Shown here one piece after another: positions 1-17,600 of a stretch of DNA of 64,000 bases. The notes beneath the pieces were generated by a model. The model was not told the DNA's origin. It saw only the letters and a program-made list of their open reading frames with translations, and did not search any database. Numbering within the stretch: position 1 is the stretch's first letter; each line of letters starts with the position of its first letter. The stretch is from Pedobacter sp. (GTDB taxonomy: Bacteria; Desulfobacterota; Desulfuromonadia; Desulfuromonadales; Syntrophotaleaceae): assembly GCA_050253415.1 (NCBI GenBank), contig JBFWJC010000001.1, positions 1,096,679-1,160,678 of the forward strand. Direction: 5' to 3'. Both the position numbers and the translations under genes were made by a program.

Positions 1-106
1 CGAAATTGCAGAACTGAAAATGCCCGATCTCAATGCATTCGACATTGAGGCTGCGGTTCGTACCATTGAGGGTACGGCACGAAGCATGGGGCTCGAAATC
101 GTATAA
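1..106 (+). CDS. rplK: 50S ribosomal protein L11, C-terminal end (5' partial)
   Basis: Frame from base 2 reads [34 protein letters not shown] (TAA 104-106), the conserved L11 C-terminus, directly upstream of rplA. Confidence 0.95.
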   Translation, partial: EIAELKMPDLNAFDIEAAVRTIEGTARSMGLEIV

Positions 107-132
107 ATTCTGGCAGGATCTGGAGTACGCCA

Positions 133-834
133 ATGTCCATAGGAAAACTGCAGAAGCAAGCCAAGGAAAAAGTTGATCGTTCGTTGATGTATCCCATTAG
201 CGACGCGCTGACCTTGGTTAAGGAGGCTGCACATGCCAAGTTCGACGAAACGGTCGAACTCACTGTTCGTCTTGGGGTAGATCCCCGTAAGGCCGATCAG
301 ATGGTGCGTGGAGCCGTGGTGTTGCCTAACGGCCTCGGTAAAGACGTCAGGGTTCTTGTTTTCGCCAAGGGTGAAAAGGCTATCGAAGCACGTGATGCCG
401 GTGCCGATTATGTTGGCGGAGACGATCTGGTCGCAAAGATTCAGGAGGGTTGGTTCGAGTTTGATACCGCCATTGCGACTCCGGATATGATGGGAACTGT
501 TGGCAAGATCGGTCGGCTGCTGGGACCTCGCGGGCTTATGCCTAACCCCAAGGTTGGCACCGTGACTTTTGAAGTCGGCAAGGCTACCAGTGATGCCAAG
601 TCCGGTAAAGTTGAATACCGGGTTGAGAAGGCTGGGATTGTTCATGCTCCTGTCGGTAAGGTCTCGTTTGACGCCGACAAGTTGCAAGAAAACCTGGTCG
701 CTCTGGTCGACGCATTGATCAAAGCCAAGCCTGCTACATCCAAGGGTACTTATCTTAAAAAAATAAGTCTTTGCAGCACAATGGGGCCGGGTGTCAACGT
801 TGATATCCCCACTGTGCAGGCTCTTGTAAAATAA
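133..834 (+). CDS. rplA: 50S ribosomal protein L1
   Basis: 233 aa; [18 protein letters not shown] and STMGPG motifs. Confidence 0.98.
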   Translation: MSIGKLQKQAKEKVDRSLMYPISDALTLVKEAAHAKFDETVELTVRLGVDPRKADQMVRGAVVLPNGLGKDVRVLVFAKGEKAIEARDAGADYVGGDDLVAKIQEGWFEFDTAIATPDMMGTVGKIGRLLGPRGLMPNPKVGTVTFEVGKATSDAKSGKVEYRVEKAGIVHAPVGKVSFDADKLQENLVALVDALIKAKPATSKGTYLKKISLCSTMGPGVNVDIPTVQALVK

Positions 835-902
835 TTATCCGATTTTTGGTTAACAACTTGCCGACCAATGCCAAAGTGCGGGTCGGCCGGTTGTGTCTGA
901 AG

Positions 903-1005
903 TCCAGGTCAAAGACAGCAGGTACCCAGTGGTTTAATGGTGTAACCGCCTGCCGAGGCCGGAACAAAGGGATGCGTAAGCCTCCTTCTGTGGCCGTTGA
1001 CTGGC
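903..1005 (+). promoter_or_regulatory. L10 leader (autogenous r-protein regulatory RNA)
   Basis: AAGACAGCAGG...TTTAAT...CCTGCCGAGG signature in the rplA-rplJ spacer; boundaries approximate. Confidence 0.8.
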
Positions 1006-1053
1006 AATGGTCCGTTTTGGGCCCAGAAAATACTACAGAAAGGAGGAGAGGCT

Positions 1054-1572
1054 ATGAAAAAAGAAGGAAAATCACAAGTTGTATCAGAAATAGCGCAGAA
1101 ACTGAGTTCTTGTCAGGCGGCGTTTTTGGCTGACTACCGTGGGTTGACCGTTGAACAGGTTAACACCCTTCGTGGCGAATTGAAAAAGGTCGGTGTTGAA
1201 TACCGTGTTGTTAAAAACACCTTGCTGCGTCTGGCTGCCAAAGATACCGATGTCGAATGTCTTTCGGAATATCTGCAGGGTCCTAATGCCATTGCGTTGG
1301 CTGAAGGTGATCCTGTCGGCCCCGCCAAGGTGTTGACTGAATTTGCCAAAAGCAACAAGGCCTTTGAATTAAGAGCCGCGCAGCTGAATGGTAAATTGTT
1401 GACCCTGGAAGACGTGCAGGCTCTCGCTGAATTGCCGAGCAAGGAGGTATTGCTTGGTAAAATGCTCGGATCGCTCAATGCGCCGGTCAGCAACTTTGTC
1501 GGTGTTCTTGCAGCTGTTCCACGCACCTTTGTTCAGGTACTTGCAGCTATTCAGCAGCAAAAAGAGGGTTGA
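1054..1572 (+). CDS. rplJ: 50S ribosomal protein L10
   Basis: ADYRGLTV and VVKNTL motifs; ATG 1054 follows SD AGGAGG. Confidence 0.97.
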   Translation: MKKEGKSQVVSEIAQKLSSCQAAFLADYRGLTVEQVNTLRGELKKVGVEYRVVKNTLLRLAAKDTDVECLSEYLQGPNAIALAEGDPVGPAKVLTEFAKSNKAFELRAAQLNGKLLTLEDVQALAELPSKEVLLGKMLGSLNAPVSNFVGVLAAVPRTFVQVLAAIQQQKEG

Positions 1573-1640
1573 TCCTTTTTGTATCGCATCTCTTTAAAAC
1601 TTAATAGACAGTTTGTTAAAAATACGGAGGTTATCCAACC

Positions 1641-2018
1641 ATGTCTGATATCACAAAAGAGCAAGTTGTATCCTTTATCGAAAATATGAGCGTTCTGGAA
1701 CTGGCTGAGCTGGTTAAGGAATTGGAAGAAAAATTCGGCGTGTCTGCCGCTGCTCCCGTAGCCGTTGCCGCTGCTCCCGCAGCCGCTGCTGCCGCTGTTG
1801 AAGAAAAAGACGAGTTTGACGTTGTTCTGGCCAGTGCCGGCGACAAGAAGATCAACGTCATCAAGGTTGTCCGCGCAGTTACCGGTCTTGGCCTGAAAGA
1901 AGCCAAAGACCTGGTTGATGGTGCACCTCAGACCGTTAAAGAAGGCATGCCTAAGGCTGAAGCTGAAGAGCTTAAAAAGCAGCTCGTTGAAGCTGGTGCC
2001 ACTGTTGAACTGAAATAG
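1641..2018 (+). CDS. rplL: 50S ribosomal protein L7/L12
   Basis: [11 protein letters not shown] hinge; [11 protein letters not shown]. Confidence 0.98.
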   Translation: MSDITKEQVVSFIENMSVLELAELVKELEEKFGVSAAAPVAVAAAPAAAAAAVEEKDEFDVVLASAGDKKINVIKVVRAVTGLGLKEAKDLVDGAPQTVKEGMPKAEAEELKKQLVEAGATVELK

Positions 2019-2041
2019 TTTACTTTGCATATTTAACACCT

Positions 2042-2081
2042 TAGCCAAGGCTGCGGTATGCGGCCTTGGCTATTCTGCTTT
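2042..2081 (+). terminator. rplL-rpoB hairpin, probable leaky terminator/attenuator
   Basis: 13-bp stem TAGCCAAGGCTGC / GCGGCCTTGGCTA with an interrupted T tail (TTCTGCTTT). Confidence 0.55.
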
Positions 2082-2111
2082 CGTTAGCTTCCCCTAGCTA
2101 AAGGAGAAACC

Positions 2112-5100
2112 ATGGCTTATTCGGTTGCGAATAACCAGCTTCTAAGGAAACATTTTAGCACGATCAAGGGCATTATCGAGATTCCCAACCTGATCGATAT
2201 TCAGAAAAATTCGTACAAGCGTTTCCTGCAAGCAGGGCTTCCTCCTTCTGCTCGGAAAAATATCGGGCTTGAAGCGGTTTTTCGCTCGGTTTTCCCTATT
2301 CGTGATTTCAGCGAGACCTGTTCTCTGGATTACGTTTCATTTTCTTTGGGGACTCCCAAGTACGACGTCGGTGAATGCCATCAACGCGGGATGACTTTTG
2401 CTGCTCCCGTGAAGGTGTGTGTTCGTCTGGTGTCGTGGGATGTCGATAAGGAATCCGGGGTTCAGGCGATTCGCGATATAAAAGAGCAGGAAGTCTATTT
2501 TGGTGAGATCCCGTTGATGACCGAAAACGGGACCTTTATCATTAATGGTACGGAACGTGTTATCGTAAGCCAGTTGCATCGATCACCTGGTGTTTTCTTC
2601 GATCATGATAAAGGTAAGACTCATTCGAGTGGTAAGGTTCTTTATAACGCACGGGTGATTCCTTATCGTGGCTCGTGGCTTGATTTTGATTTTGATCACA
2701 AGGACATTCTTTATGTCCGAATAGATCGCAGACGTAAGTTGCCTGCAACTGTTCTGCTGAAGGCCCTGGGATATAGCACCGAGGAATTGCTTAACTATTA
2801 TTATCAGGTACAAACAATCGTCCTTGATGGTGATTCCTATAAAAAAAGAGTCAATCTTGAACTTTTGACCGGCCAGCGCGCGTCCACCGATGTTGTCGGA
2901 ACTGATGGCGAAGTCATTGTTAAGGCTAATCGTAAGTTTACCAAAGCGGCTATTCGTAAACTTGCAGATAGTAATATAGAATATATTCCGGTATCTGAAG
3001 AAGAGGTTCTCGGTAAGGTTGCCTCGACTGACATTGTTGATGAAACTACCGGCGAAGTCATCGTTGAATGCAATGAAGAACTTACCGCTGGTAAGCTCGA
3101 GGAATTGCGCACTCGTGGCATCGTTGAATTCAATATCTTGTTTATTGACCATCTCCATGTCGGTTCCTATCTGCGGGATACACTGTTGCTCGATCGAATG
3201 GCGACTCCTGAAGATGCCCGTATAGAAATCTATCGCCGTTTGCGTCCTGGCGATCCGCCGACTATCAAGAGTGCCAATGCTCTTTTTGAAAGTTTATTCT
3301 TCAATCCTGAAAGGTATGATCTTTCAGTTGTAGGCCGAATCAAGCTTAATTATAAGCTCGGTCTCGATATGCCCGAGGACCAGACCACCCTTACCAAGGA
3401 TGATATTCTTGAGGTGGTGCGTTACCTGATAGGGTTGCGCGATGGTCGTGGAACTATTGATGATATCGATCATCTCGGAAACCGGCGCGTACGCGCTGTC
3501 GGCGAGTTGCTTGAAAATCAATACAGGGTTGGCCTGGTACGCATGGAAAGGGCAATCAAGGAACGGATGAGTCTGCAGGAAGTGGACAGCTTAATGCCCC
3601 ACGACCTGATTAATTCCAAGCCTGTTTCAGCCGTGGTTAAAGAGTTTTTCGGGTCTTCACAGCTGTCGCAGTTTATGGATCAGACCAACCCTCTTTCCGA
3701 GATTACCCATAAGAGGCGCTTGTCCGCCCTGGGACCCGGTGGCCTCACGCGTGAGCGGGCCGGTTTCGAGGTTCGTGACGTTCATCCCACCCATTATGGC
3801 CGGGTATGTCCTATCGAAACGCCTGAGGGGCCGAACATCGGACTGATTGCCTCATTGTCGACCTATGCTCGAATCAACGAGCATGGATTTGTCGAGACGC
3901 CTTATCGGATTGTCGAAGGCGGTAAGGTTACCAACGAGATCCGGTATTTCTCAGCTTTGGAAGAGGGAGGCCATGCGATTGCGCAGGCCAATGCGCTTCT
4001 GGATGAGGAAGGTCGCTTCATTAACGATCTGGTCAATGCAAGGCAAAATGGCGAATTCGTACTGGTTCAGCGGGAAGAAATCGGGCTTATGGACGTATCG
4101 CCGAAACAGTTGGTTTCGGTTGCTGCCTCGCTGATCCCCTTTCTGGAAAATGACGACGCCAACCGTGCTTTGATGGGCTCCAACATGCAGCGTCAGGCTG
4201 TGCCTTTGTTGCGTTCCGATGCACCTTTGGTCGGTACCGGTATGGAGCGGATTGTCGCTCATGACTCGGGAGCCGCTGTGGTCGCTCGGCATAACGGGGT
4301 TGTTGAATCTGTGGACGCTTCGCGTATCGTCGTTAAAATCGATGAAGGTGAAGTTGACGAAGACGGTACCGGGGTTGATATTTATAACCTTATCAAGTTT
4401 GCCCGGTCCAATCAGAATACGTGTCTTAATCAAAAACCCATCGTCAAAGTTGGAGACCGTATTACCCGCGGTGGTATGATTGCCGATGGTCCTTCGACCC
4501 AGTGGGGCGAGCTCGCCCTAGGCCAGAATGTGCTGGTCGCATTTATGCCATGGGAAGGGTACAATTTCGAAGACTCCATTTTGATCTCCGAAAAACTTGT
4601 CAAGGAAGATAGATATACCTCTATCCACATTGAGGAACTTGAATGTGTGGCGAGGGATACTAAGCTTGGCAAGGAGGAAATTACCAACGATATCCCCAAT
4701 CTCGGGGAGGATGCTCTTAAGGATCTCGACGAGAGCGGCATCGTTCGGATCGGGGCTGAGGTTAAGCCTGGCGATATCCTGGTCGGCAAGATCACGCCTA
4801 AAGGCGAGACGCAACTGTCTCCTGAAGAAAAATTGTTACGTGCCATCTTTGGTGAAAAAGCTGGTGATGTCCGTGATACCTCGCTTAGGCTTCCTCCGGG
4901 GGTCGAGGGTGTGGTTATTGGTGCACGGGTTTTCTCGCGCAAGGGCGCCGATAAGGACAGCCGTACCGAATATATAGAAAAAACCGAGATTGAAAAGCTT
5001 CTCAAAGATCAGCATGATGAAATCCGTATCATCAGGGAATCGACCCGCGGTAAGCTTGAGTCTTTGTTGGTCGGACAGGTTTCGGCAACTTCCTTATTCG

Positions 5101-6218
5101 ATTCGGCAGGCAAAGAACTTCTTGGTCAGGGGGAGAAGATTACCTCCGAAGTGCTCGAAGAGGTCCCTTTTGTTCGTTGGCGTGAAATCAGCCTGCTTGA
5201 CGCTGCTGACAAAGAAGATAAATTGAGTAGCGTCATGACCAGTCTTACTCAGCGTGAAGAGCTTATTAAAGCTGTTTTCGCCGATAAGATTGAGAAGATC
5301 AAGCGTGGTGATGATCTTCCTCCGGGCGTTATTAAAATGGTTAAGGTTTACATTGCCATTAAGCGTAAACTTTCGGTCGGCGACAAAATGGCTGGACGTC
5401 ATGGTAACAAAGGTGTTTTGTCACGCGTGTTGCCCGAAGAGGATATGCCTTACATGGCAGACGGTACTCCGGTTGAGATCGTCCTCAATCCCCTTGGCGT
5501 TCCTTCTCGTATGAACGTCGGACAGATTCTTGAAACGCATCTGGGACTTGCAGCCAGGGGTCTCGGAATCCAGATTCAGGAACATGTTGATAAACATTAT
5601 GGTCCTGATGCGTTGCGTGAAAAGATCGGTGAAGTGTATGAAGACCAGCGCGTTGTCGAACTGGTCAATAGCTTGCCGGATGACGAGATTATGCAACTTG
5701 CGCGCAAACTGTCTTACGGGGTACCTATGGCTTCGCCCGTATTCGAGGGCGTTACCGAAGAGCAGATGAAAAAGCAGATGGAACTCTCCGGTTTTTCATC
5801 GTCCGGACAGATGACCTTGTACAACGGTAAAACCGGTGAAGCGTTTAAGGAAAAGGTCACCGTTGGTATCATGTATATGCTTAAGCTGCATCACTTGGTT
5901 GACGATAAAATCCATGCGAGGAGCATTGGGCCTTACAGTTTGGTTACTCAGCAACCGTTGGGCGGTAAGGCACAATTCGGTGGTCAGAGACTTGGCGAGA
6001 TGGAAGTCTGGGCCATGGAGGCGTATGGTGCTTCACACGCTCTTCAGGAATTTTTGACCGTCAAATCCGACGACGTGACCGGTAGAACGCGTATGTACGA
6101 GGCTATCGTTAAGGGTAAACACACCCTTGAGGCCGGTCTGCCAGAGTCGTTTAACGTCCTTATCAAAGAGTTGCAGTCTCTCTGTCTTGACGTTGAGCTC
6201 CTTGAGGAGCAGGAATAA
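2112..6218 (+). CDS. rpoB: RNA polymerase beta subunit
   Basis: 1368 aa; [21 protein letters not shown] and [12 protein letters not shown]. Confidence 0.99.
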   Translation: MAYSVANNQLLRKHFSTIKGIIEIPNLIDIQKNSYKRFLQAGLPPSARKNIGLEAVFRSVFPIRDFSETCSLDYVSFSLGTPKYDVGECHQRGMTFAAPVKVCVRLVSWDVDKESGVQAIRDIKEQEVYFGEIPLMTENGTFIINGTERVIVSQLHRSPGVFFDHDKGKTHSSGKVLYNARVIPYRGSWLDFDFDHKDILYVRIDRRRKLPATVLLKALGYSTEELLNYYYQVQTIVLDGDSYKKRVNLELLTGQRASTDVVGTDGEVIVKANRKFTKAAIRKLADSNIEYIPVSEEEVLGKVASTDIVDETTGEVIVECNEELTAGKLEELRTRGIVEFNILFIDHLHVGSYLRDTLLLDRMATPEDARIEIYRRLRPGDPPTIKSANALFESLFFNPERYDLSVVGRIKLNYKLGLDMPEDQTTLTKDDILEVVRYLIGLRDGRGTIDDIDHLGNRRVRAVGELLENQYRVGLVRMERAIKERMSLQEVDSLMPHDLINSKPVSAVVKEFFGSSQLSQFMDQTNPLSEITHKRRLSALGPGGLTRERAGFEVRDVHPTHYGRVCPIETPEGPNIGLIASLSTYARINEHGFVETPYRIVEGGKVTNEIRYFSALEEGGHAIAQANALLDEEGRFINDLVNARQNGEFVLVQREEIGLMDVSPKQLVSVAASLIPFLENDDANRALMGSNMQRQAVPLLRSDAPLVGTGMERIVAHDSGAAVVARHNGVVESVDASRIVVKIDEGEVDEDGTGVDIYNLIKFARSNQNTCLNQKPIVKVGDRITRGGMIADGPSTQWGELALGQNVLVAFMPWEGYNFEDSILISEKLVKEDRYTSIHIEELECVARDTKLGKEEITNDIPNLGEDALKDLDESGIVRIGAEVKPGDILVGKITPKGETQLSPEEKLLRAIFGEKAGDVRDTSLRLPPGVEGVVIGARVFSRKGADKDSRTEYIEKTEIEKLLKDQHDEIRIIRESTRGKLESLLVGQVSATSLFDSAGKELLGQGEKITSEVLEEVPFVRWREISLLDAADKEDKLSSVMTSLTQREELIKAVFADKIEKIKRGDDLPPGVIKMVKVYIAIKRKLSVGDKMAGRHGNKGVLSRVLPEEDMPYMADGTPVEIVLNPLGVPSRMNVGQILETHLGLAARGLGIQIQEHVDKHYGPDALREKIGEVYEDQRVVELVNSLPDDEIMQLARKLSYGVPMASPVFEGVTEEQMKKQMELSGFSSSGQMTLYNGKTGEAFKEKVTVGIMYMLKLHHLVDDKIHARSIGPYSLVTQQPLGGKAQFGGQRLGEMEVWAMEAYGASHALQEFLTVKSDDVTGRTRMYEAIVKGKHTLEAGLPESFNVLIKELQSLCLDVELLEEQE

Positions 6219-6258
6219 AAGACTAAACACCAACATCCATCCCTAAGGAGGGTGTGTT

Positions 6259-10449
<4,191 letters not shown>

Positions 10450-10483
10450 GAAGGAGGAAAAAAAGGGAGGCGGCAAAAAACGC

Positions 10484-10512
10484 TTGACAAGCGCCTCCCG
10501 TATTGATAGTTT
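10484..10512 (+). promoter_or_regulatory. Putative sigma70 promoter of the str operon
   Basis: TTGACA (10484-10489), 17 bp, TAGTTT (10507-10512) with TG extended -10, upstream of rpsL. Confidence 0.6.
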
Positions 10513-10587
10513 GAGCGGGTTTTTCGCCATATAAAATCGTATGGTACTTTTTAACTTTTTGTAAGTTGATAATTCGGGAGTATGTAG

Positions 10588-10959
10588 ATGCCGACCATCA
10601 ATCAGCTGATTCGCAAGGGACGTGAGAAAAAGGTTCGCAAGTCCACTGCGCCGGCGCTTAAATGTAATCCGCAGAAACGCGGGGTTTGTACACGTGTTTA
10701 TACGACAACCCCTAAAAAGCCGAACTCGGCCTTGCGGAAGGTCGCTCGCGTTCGTTTGACCAACGGCATTGTTGTGACGTCCTATATCCCCGGTGTTGGA
10801 CATAACCTTCAGGAGCACTCCGTCGTTCTTATTCGTGGCGGTCGTGTGAAGGACTTGCCGGGTGTACGTTATCACATTGTTCGTGGGGCGCTTGATCTTG
10901 CAGGTGTTAAGGATCGCAAGCAAGGTCGTTCCAAGTATGGGGCGAAGCGTCCCAAGTAA
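10588..10959 (+). CDS. rpsL: 30S ribosomal protein S12
   Basis: [23 protein letters not shown]. Confidence 0.99.
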   Translation: MPTINQLIRKGREKKVRKSTAPALKCNPQKRGVCTRVYTTTPKKPNSALRKVARVRLTNGIVVTSYIPGVGHNLQEHSVVLIRGGRVKDLPGVRYHIVRGALDLAGVKDRKQGRSKYGAKRPK

Positions 10960-10970
10960 CCAGTGCGTGA

Positions 10971-11450
<480 letters not shown>

Positions 11451-11485
11451 ATAGCGGTACGGATATTAGGAAGGAATAGATAGTT

Positions 11486-13564
11486 GTGGCACGCCAAGTA
11501 GCTTTAGAGAAGACGAGAAATATCGGCATTATGGCTCACATTGATGCCGGGAAGACAACCACCACTGAGCGTGTTTTGTATTACACGGGGGTCTCTCATA
11601 AGATTGGAGAGGTCCATGATGGTGCGGCGACGATGGACTGGATGGAGCAGGAGCAGGAGCGGGGTATTACTATTACTTCTGCTGCCACGACTTGTTTCTG
11701 GAAGGATCATCGTGTCAATATCATCGATACCCCTGGCCACGTTGACTTCACTGTTGAGGTAGAGCGTTCGCTTCGTGTTCTTGATGGATCGGTTGCTGTC
11801 TTTTGCTCCGTTGGCGGTGTTGAGCCCCAGTCTGAGACGGTTTGGCGGCAGGCTGACAAGTATCATGTTCCCCGTATGGCTTTTATAAATAAAATGGATC
11901 GTACCGGCGCTGATTTTAATCGCGGCGTTACGATGATCCGTGAGCGTTTGGGGGCGAATGCTATCCCCTTGCAGCTGCCCATCGGTAAGGAAGATACCTT
12001 CTCTGGGGTCATTGACCTTGTAGAGATGAAGGCCATCGTTTGGGATGATGAGAGTCTTGGTGCCAGTTACGAGGTTACTGATATCCCTGCGGATCTTCTG
12101 GCTGAGGCCGAGTCGGCACGTGAAGCGTTGGTTGAGGAAGTCTGTACTCACGACGAAACGTTGATGGATAAGTACCTTGGCGGTGAAGAGATTAGTCTTG
12201 ACGAGCTCAAGGCTGGAATCCGTAAAGCGTGCATTGGTATAAAGATGATTCCCGTGCTTTGTGGGAGCGCTTTTAAGAATAAAGGTGTTCAGAATCTCCT
12301 TGATGCGGTGGTTGATTACATGCCTTCCCCGCTTGATATTCCGGCTATTGCCGGTGTGATTCCCGACACGGAAGATCAGGTCACTCGTCCCCCTGGTGAC
12401 AGCAATCCTTTTGCTGCGTTGGCGTTTAAGGTTATGACCGACCCCTTTGTGGGGCAGCTTACTTTCTTCCGCGTGTATTCTGGCGTGGCTGAGTCGGGCG
12501 CAACGGTTCTTAACGCGACCCGCGGTAAAAAGGAGCGCTTTGGGCGTTTGCTGAAGATGCATGCCAATAAGCGTGAAGAAATCAAGCAGGTCTATTCCGG
12601 GGATATCGCCGCAGCTGTTGGTCTTAAATTGACCACCACCGGGGATACCCTGTGTGATCCTAACTCTCCGGTTCTTTTGGAGTCGATGGAGTTTCCTGAG
12701 CCTGTTATTCATATCGCTGTAGAGCCTAAGACTAAGGCGGATATGGATAAGATGGGTCAGGCGCTTGGCAAGTTGGTCCAGGAAGACCCCACCTTGCGGG
12801 TTCGGACGGATGATGAGACAAGTCAGACCATCCTGTCCGGTATGGGCGAGTTGCATCTTGAGATAATTATCGACAGGCTGCGTCGTGAGTTTAAGGTTGA
12901 GGCAAATGTCGGTGCTCCTCAGGTTGCCTACCGTGAAACCATTACCAAGACCGTTGAAGTTCAGGGCAAGTTTGTCCGTCAGTCCGGTGGTCGTGGGCAG
13001 TATGGTGACTGTTGGTTGCGGATTGAGCCCCTCGAGCCCGGGTCCGGCTTTGAATACGTGGATGAGATTAAGGGCGGGGTCATTCCTCGTGAGTATATCC
13101 CTGCTGTTGGTAAGGGTGCTGAAGAGGCTGCCGAGAACGGTGTAATCGCTGGCTTCCCCATTGTCGATGTTAAGGTTTCCTGCTTTGACGGATCTTACCA
13201 CGACGTCGACTCGTCCGAGATGGCATTTAAAATTGCCGGTTCTATGGGTTTTAAAGCGGGTGCCGCAAAAGCAGGTCCTGTCTTGCTTGAGCCTGTAATG
13301 GCAGTCGAAGTTGTTGTCCCCGAGGACTACATGGGTGACGTTATGGGTGACTTGAGTAGCCGTCGAGGTCGCGTTGTTGGTATGGATTCGCGTGGCGGTG
13401 CCCAGGTTATCAATAGTACCGTTCCTCTCGCCTGTATGTTCGGGTATGCTACGGAACTGCGTAGTATGACTCAAGGGCGAGCCACCTATACGATGGTTTT
13501 TGATCACTACGAGCAGGTGCCCAAGGCTATTAGCGAAGAGATTATCGCACGCGTAAAGGGCTAG
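11486..13564 (+). CDS. fusA: Elongation factor G
   Basis: AHIDAGKTT and DTPGHVDF; 692 aa; GTG start. Confidence 0.99.
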   Translation: MARQVALEKTRNIGIMAHIDAGKTTTTERVLYYTGVSHKIGEVHDGAATMDWMEQEQERGITITSAATTCFWKDHRVNIIDTPGHVDFTVEVERSLRVLDGSVAVFCSVGGVEPQSETVWRQADKYHVPRMAFINKMDRTGADFNRGVTMIRERLGANAIPLQLPIGKEDTFSGVIDLVEMKAIVWDDESLGASYEVTDIPADLLAEAESAREALVEEVCTHDETLMDKYLGGEEISLDELKAGIRKACIGIKMIPVLCGSAFKNKGVQNLLDAVVDYMPSPLDIPAIAGVIPDTEDQVTRPPGDSNPFAALAFKVMTDPFVGQLTFFRVYSGVAESGATVLNATRGKKERFGRLLKMHANKREEIKQVYSGDIAAAVGLKLTTTGDTLCDPNSPVLLESMEFPEPVIHIAVEPKTKADMDKMGQALGKLVQEDPTLRVRTDDETSQTILSGMGELHLEIIIDRLRREFKVEANVGAPQVAYRETITKTVEVQGKFVRQSGGRGQYGDCWLRIEPLEPGSGFEYVDEIKGGVIPREYIPAVGKGAEEAAENGVIAGFPIVDVKVSCFDGSYHDVDSSEMAFKIAGSMGFKAGAAKAGPVLLEPVMAVEVVVPEDYMGDVMGDLSSRRGRVVGMDSRGGAQVINSTVPLACMFGYATELRSMTQGRATYTMVFDHYEQVPKAISEEIIARVKG

Positions 13565-13592
13565 TTGCCGTTTAAGAACAGGAGGACACTCC

Positions 13593-14792
13593 ATGTCGAA
13601 AGCAAAATTTGAAAGAACAAAGCCCCATGTAAATATCGGGACCATTGGTCACGTTGACCATGGGAAAACGACGCTAACGGCAGCTATAACCAAGAATATG
13701 GCCGCTCGTGGTCTGGCCGAATTTAAGGCCTTTGACATGATCGACAACGCTCCTGAGGAGCGTGAGCGCGGTATTACTATCGCAACTGCTCATGTCGAGT
13801 ATCAGACCGACAACCGGCATTACGCGCATGTTGACTGCCCTGGTCATGCTGACTATGTCAAAAACATGATCACTGGTGCAGCTCAGATGGACGGTGCCAT
13901 TCTGGTTGTGTCGGCTGCTGATGGCCCCATGCCTCAGACCCGTGAACATATCCTTTTGGCACGCCAAGTTGGCGTTCCCGCCATGGTAGTGTTCATGAAC
14001 AAGGCTGATATGGTTGACGATGCCGAGCTGATGGAACTTGTCGAGTTGGAAATTCGTGAGCTTTTGAGTTCATATGATTTCCCTGGCGATGATATTCCTA
14101 TCATTCCCGGTAGCGCTCTCAAGGCGCTCGAATGCGGTTGTGGAAAGGCTGATTGCGAAGCCTGTAAGCCTATTCTTGATTTGATGGATGCGGTTGACAG
14201 CTATATTCCCCAGCCTGAGCGCGATATTGATAAGCCTTTCTTGATGCCTGTGGAGGATGTATTCTCCATTTCCGGTCGCGGTACTGTTGCAACCGGTCGT
14301 ATTGAGCGTGGCGTTGTCAAGGTTCAGGAAGAGATCGAGATCGTCGGCATGAAGGCGACCGTTAAGACAGTAGTTACCGGCGTCGAAATGTTCCGTAAAC
14401 TTCTCGATCAGGGACAAGCTGGTGACAACGTCGGGCTTCTGCTTCGCGGGGTTAAGCGCGAAGACATCGAGCGTGGCCAGGTATTGGCCAAGCCCGGCAG
14501 CATTACGCCGCACACTAAGTTTAAGGCAGAAGCCTATATCCTCACCAAGGAAGAGGGCGGGCGCCATACGCCGTTCTTTAACGGTTATCGGCCTCAGTTC
14601 TATTTCCGGACTACGGACGTGACCGGCATTTGCGAACTGGCCGAAGGTACAGAAATGGTCATGCCTGGCGACAATGCCAGCATGACTGTAAACCTGATTA
14701 CTCCGATCGCCATGGATAAAGAGCTGCGCTTCGCTATACGCGAAGGCGGTCGTACCGTTGGCGCTGGTGTCGTCAGCGACATCATTGAATAG
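13593..14792 (+). CDS. tuf: Elongation factor Tu
   Basis: [27 protein letters not shown]. Confidence 0.99.
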   Translation: MSKAKFERTKPHVNIGTIGHVDHGKTTLTAAITKNMAARGLAEFKAFDMIDNAPEERERGITIATAHVEYQTDNRHYAHVDCPGHADYVKNMITGAAQMDGAILVVSAADGPMPQTREHILLARQVGVPAMVVFMNKADMVDDAELMELVELEIRELLSSYDFPGDDIPIIPGSALKALECGCGKADCEACKPILDLMDAVDSYIPQPERDIDKPFLMPVEDVFSISGRGTVATGRIERGVVKVQEEIEIVGMKATVKTVVTGVEMFRKLLDQGQAGDNVGLLLRGVKREDIERGQVLAKPGSITPHTKFKAEAYILTKEEGGRHTPFFNGYRPQFYFRTTDVTGICELAEGTEMVMPGDNASMTVNLITPIAMDKELRFAIREGGRTVGAGVVSDIIE

Positions 14793-14803
14793 AGGGAATA
14801 GCC

Positions 14804-15112
14804 ATGCAAAGCCAGAAGATCAGGATCCGTTTAAAGGCTTACGATCATAAATTGCTCGACCTTTCAGTTAACGAAATTGTGGATACCGCCAAACGTACCG
14901 GCGCTCGTGTTGCAGGGCCGATTCCTTTGCCTACGGTTATCAATAAGTACTGCGTTCTGCGTGGTCCCCATGTTGATAAGAAGAGCCGTGAGCAGTTCGA
15001 GATGCGCACCCACAAGCGGCTTCTCGATATTGTTGAGCCTACCCAGCAGACTGTTGACGCTTTGATGAAGCTGGACCTGTCTGCGGGCGTTGACGTCGAA
15101 ATTAAGTTGTAA
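14804..15112 (+). CDS. rpsJ: 30S ribosomal protein S10
   Basis: [18 protein letters not shown]. Confidence 0.99.
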   Translation: MQSQKIRIRLKAYDHKLLDLSVNEIVDTAKRTGARVAGPIPLPTVINKYCVLRGPHVDKKSREQFEMRTHKRLLDIVEPTQQTVDALMKLDLSAGVDVEIKL

Positions 15113-15141
15113 GACTTTTCTTATAAGTAAGGGAACGCACC

Positions 15142-15774
15142 ATGACGAAGGGAATCTTGGGTAAGAAGCTGGGAATGACCCAGGTCTTTGCTGCGGACGG
15201 CAAGTGTGTCCCGGTGACAGTGGTCGAAGCAGGGCCTTGCATCGTATTGCAGAAAAAGACTGAGGAAAAAGACGGCTACAATGCCCTTCAACTCGGGTTT
15301 GGGGCCAAAAAGGCTCAACGTACAAGTAAGCCAGCCATGGGTCATTTCAAAAAGGCCGGCAAGGGCATGTTCGGTTTCCTGCGGGAAGTTGAATGCGATA
15401 GTGTTGATGATCATGCGGTTGGTGATGAAATCACCTGTGGTGAATTCTTTGCTGCCGGTGACATTATTGATGTTACTGGGACCAGTAAGGGTAAGGGCTT
15501 CCAGGGCGTTATTAAGAGGTGGAACTTTGCAGGTGGTCGTGCTAGCCATGGCTCCATGTTCCATCGTCGTCCGGGCGGTATTGGTGCAAGTGCTTGGCCA
15601 TCCCGTGTTTTTAAAGGAAAGAAGATGGCGGGCCAGATGGGTAACAAGCGTGTCACCACTCAAGGGCTTGTAGTGGTTGACGTGCGTCCCGAAAAGGGCC
15701 TTGTTCTTGTTAAAGGGGCCGTACCGGGGCCTGTCAACGGCCTGTTGCTCATCCGGAAAAGCCGCAAGGTTTGA
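15142..15774 (+). CDS. rplC: 50S ribosomal protein L3
   Basis: [22 protein letters not shown]. Confidence 0.98.
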   Translation: MTKGILGKKLGMTQVFAADGKCVPVTVVEAGPCIVLQKKTEEKDGYNALQLGFGAKKAQRTSKPAMGHFKKAGKGMFGFLREVECDSVDDHAVGDEITCGEFFAAGDIIDVTGTSKGKGFQGVIKRWNFAGGRASHGSMFHRRPGGIGASAWPSRVFKGKKMAGQMGNKRVTTQGLVVVDVRPEKGLVLVKGAVPGPVNGLLLIRKSRKV

Positions 15775-15810
15775 TAGCCGGGCTGCATTTAGAGATTCTG
15801 GAGAAATACC

Positions 15811-16431
15811 ATGGCAAAAATCGCAGTTTATGACATAAACCGGAATCAGGTGTCGGAGCGGGAGCTCTCTGATGAAGTGTTTAACACTGAAGTCAAAGGG
15901 TACCTGATTCACGATATGGTTCGATATCAGCTGGCTGCCCGTCGTCAGGGAACTTCGGCCTCGAAGAACCGTGCCGCAGTTTCTGGGGGTGGCAAGAAGC
16001 CTTACCGCCAGAAGGGAACGGGTAACGCACGCCAGGGTACTGTTCGGGCGCCCCATTTCGTAGGTGGCGGGACCGCTTTTGGTCCGAGTCCTCGTGACTT
16101 CAGCTTTAAGCTGAACCGGAAAGTTAAAAAGGCCGCATTGCGCTGTGCTCTGTCTGCCCGCTTTAAAGAAGAGCGGCTGTCGGTGCTCAATGAGATTCAA
16201 CTTGATGCCATCAGTACCAAAGGTGTTGTTGAAGTTCTCAAGCGGTTTGAACTTGACAGTGTTCTGGTAATCGTTGATGGAGAAAATCAGAACCTGGAGC
16301 TATCCGCCCGTAATCTTCCTCATGTCAAGGTTCTTAAAGCCGAAGGTGTGAACGTTTACGATCTGATGAAGCATCGGAATCTGGTTGTCACCGAAGGTGC
16401 TGTCGAACAGTTGGAAGGAGCGTTAGGGTGA
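15811..16431 (+). CDS. rplD: 50S ribosomal protein L4
   Basis: [14 protein letters not shown]. Confidence 0.98.
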   Translation: MAKIAVYDINRNQVSERELSDEVFNTEVKGYLIHDMVRYQLAARRQGTSASKNRAAVSGGGKKPYRQKGTGNARQGTVRAPHFVGGGTAFGPSPRDFSFKLNRKVKKAALRCALSARFKEERLSVLNEIQLDAISTKGVVEVLKRFELDSVLVIVDGENQNLELSARNLPHVKVLKAEGVNVYDLMKHRNLVVTEGAVEQLEGALG

Positions 16432-16718
16432 TGAAGCCGCTACATGAGATACTTAAACGACCCTTGGTTACCGAAAAAACCGTTCAGCAGGAAGGCGAAG
16501 CTCAGGTTGTTGCCTTTGAAGTCAAAAGGGATGCTAACAAGGTTGAGATTAAGAAGGCTGTTGAGCATGCTTTTGAAGTCAAGGTTAAGAATGTCAATAC
16601 AGTGCTCGTCGCCGGTAAGGTGAAGCGCCTGGGTCGCACTTACGGCAAGCGTTCCAATTGGAAAAAAGCTTACGTAACCCTGGCCGAAGGTAGCTCGATC
16701 GATCTGTTCGGTGTTTAA
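16431..16718 (+). CDS. rplW: 50S ribosomal protein L23
   Basis: RPLVTEK; WKKAYVTL; start at ATG 16431 or GTG 16428. Confidence 0.97.
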   Translation: MKPLHEILKRPLVTEKTVQQEGEAQVVAFEVKRDANKVEIKKAVEHAFEVKVKNVNTVLVAGKVKRLGRTYGKRSNWKKAYVTLAEGSSIDLFGV

Positions 16719-16751
16719 TGGGGTGCAATCAGGTAAAACGGAGTTACGATA

Positions 16752-17573
16752 ATGGCAATCAAAAAGTATAAGCCGACTTCGGCCGGCCGACGGCACATGA
16801 CCTCGGCCGATTTCGCCGACATCACTGTCGCCAAACCGGAAAAATCGCTCGTCGAAAAGCTCAGCCAGACCGGTGGGCGTAACAACGCTGGGCGCATCAC
16901 CAAGCGGCATACAGGTGGTGGACACAAGCGCAAATATCGCGTTATCGATTTTCGCAGGGAGAAAAAAGATATTCCCGCTAAAATCGTTAGCATTGAGTAT
17001 GACCCGAATCGTTCTGCCCGAATTGCGCTTTCATGCTATGCAGATGGTGAAAAACGCTATATTCTGGCACCTCTCGGGTTGAAGGTTGGGGATGTTGTGA
17101 TTGCCAGTGAGCAAGCCGATATCAAGCCCGGCAACGCTCTTTCGATTCGCTCTATACCCTTGGGTACTTGGGTGCATAACATTGAGTTGAAAGTTGGTAA
17201 GGGCGGACAGCTTGCCCGCAGTGCTGGCACCTATGCCATGATCGCTGCCAAGGAAGGGAAGTATGCACAACTTCGTCTCCCTTCAGGCGAGGTACGGTTG
17301 GTGCTGCAGGATTGCTGTGCCACAGTGGGCCAGGTAGGTAACATCCAGCATGAAAATGTAAAAATTGGTAAGGCTGGACGTAATCGTTGGCTTGGCATCC
17401 GTCCGCAATCTCGCGGTGTCGCTATGAACCCCGTGGATCATCCTCACGGTGGTGGCGAGGGTAAGAGCTCTGGTGGTCGTCACCCGGTTACACCTTGGGG
17501 CGTACCTACCAAGGGATACAAGACCCGCGTCAATAAGCGTACTGATCGCTTTATTGTTCGCCGTAAGAAGTAA
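16752..17573 (+). CDS. rplB: 50S ribosomal protein L2
   Basis: [25 protein letters not shown]. Confidence 0.99.
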   Translation: MAIKKYKPTSAGRRHMTSADFADITVAKPEKSLVEKLSQTGGRNNAGRITKRHTGGGHKRKYRVIDFRREKKDIPAKIVSIEYDPNRSARIALSCYADGEKRYILAPLGLKVGDVVIASEQADIKPGNALSIRSIPLGTWVHNIELKVGKGGQLARSAGTYAMIAAKEGKYAQLRLPSGEVRLVLQDCCATVGQVGNIQHENVKIGKAGRNRWLGIRPQSRGVAMNPVDHPHGGGEGKSSGGRHPVTPWGVPTKGYKTRVNKRTDRFIVRRKK

Positions 17574-17600
17574 ATATGTTGAAACGTAGAGGAGACCACT

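Noticed and set aside
846..1133. 95-aa ORF, and the 5' extension of rplJ to 997
   Set aside because: They overlap the L10 leader; the strong SD supports ATG 1054
3640..3745. Rifampicin-resistance region of rpoB (rpsL streptomycin sites also checked)
   Set aside because: Canonical wild-type residues
11504..13645. 713-aa antisense ORF opposite fusA
   Set aside because: Shadow frame of a highly biased, conserved gene; no recognisable motifs
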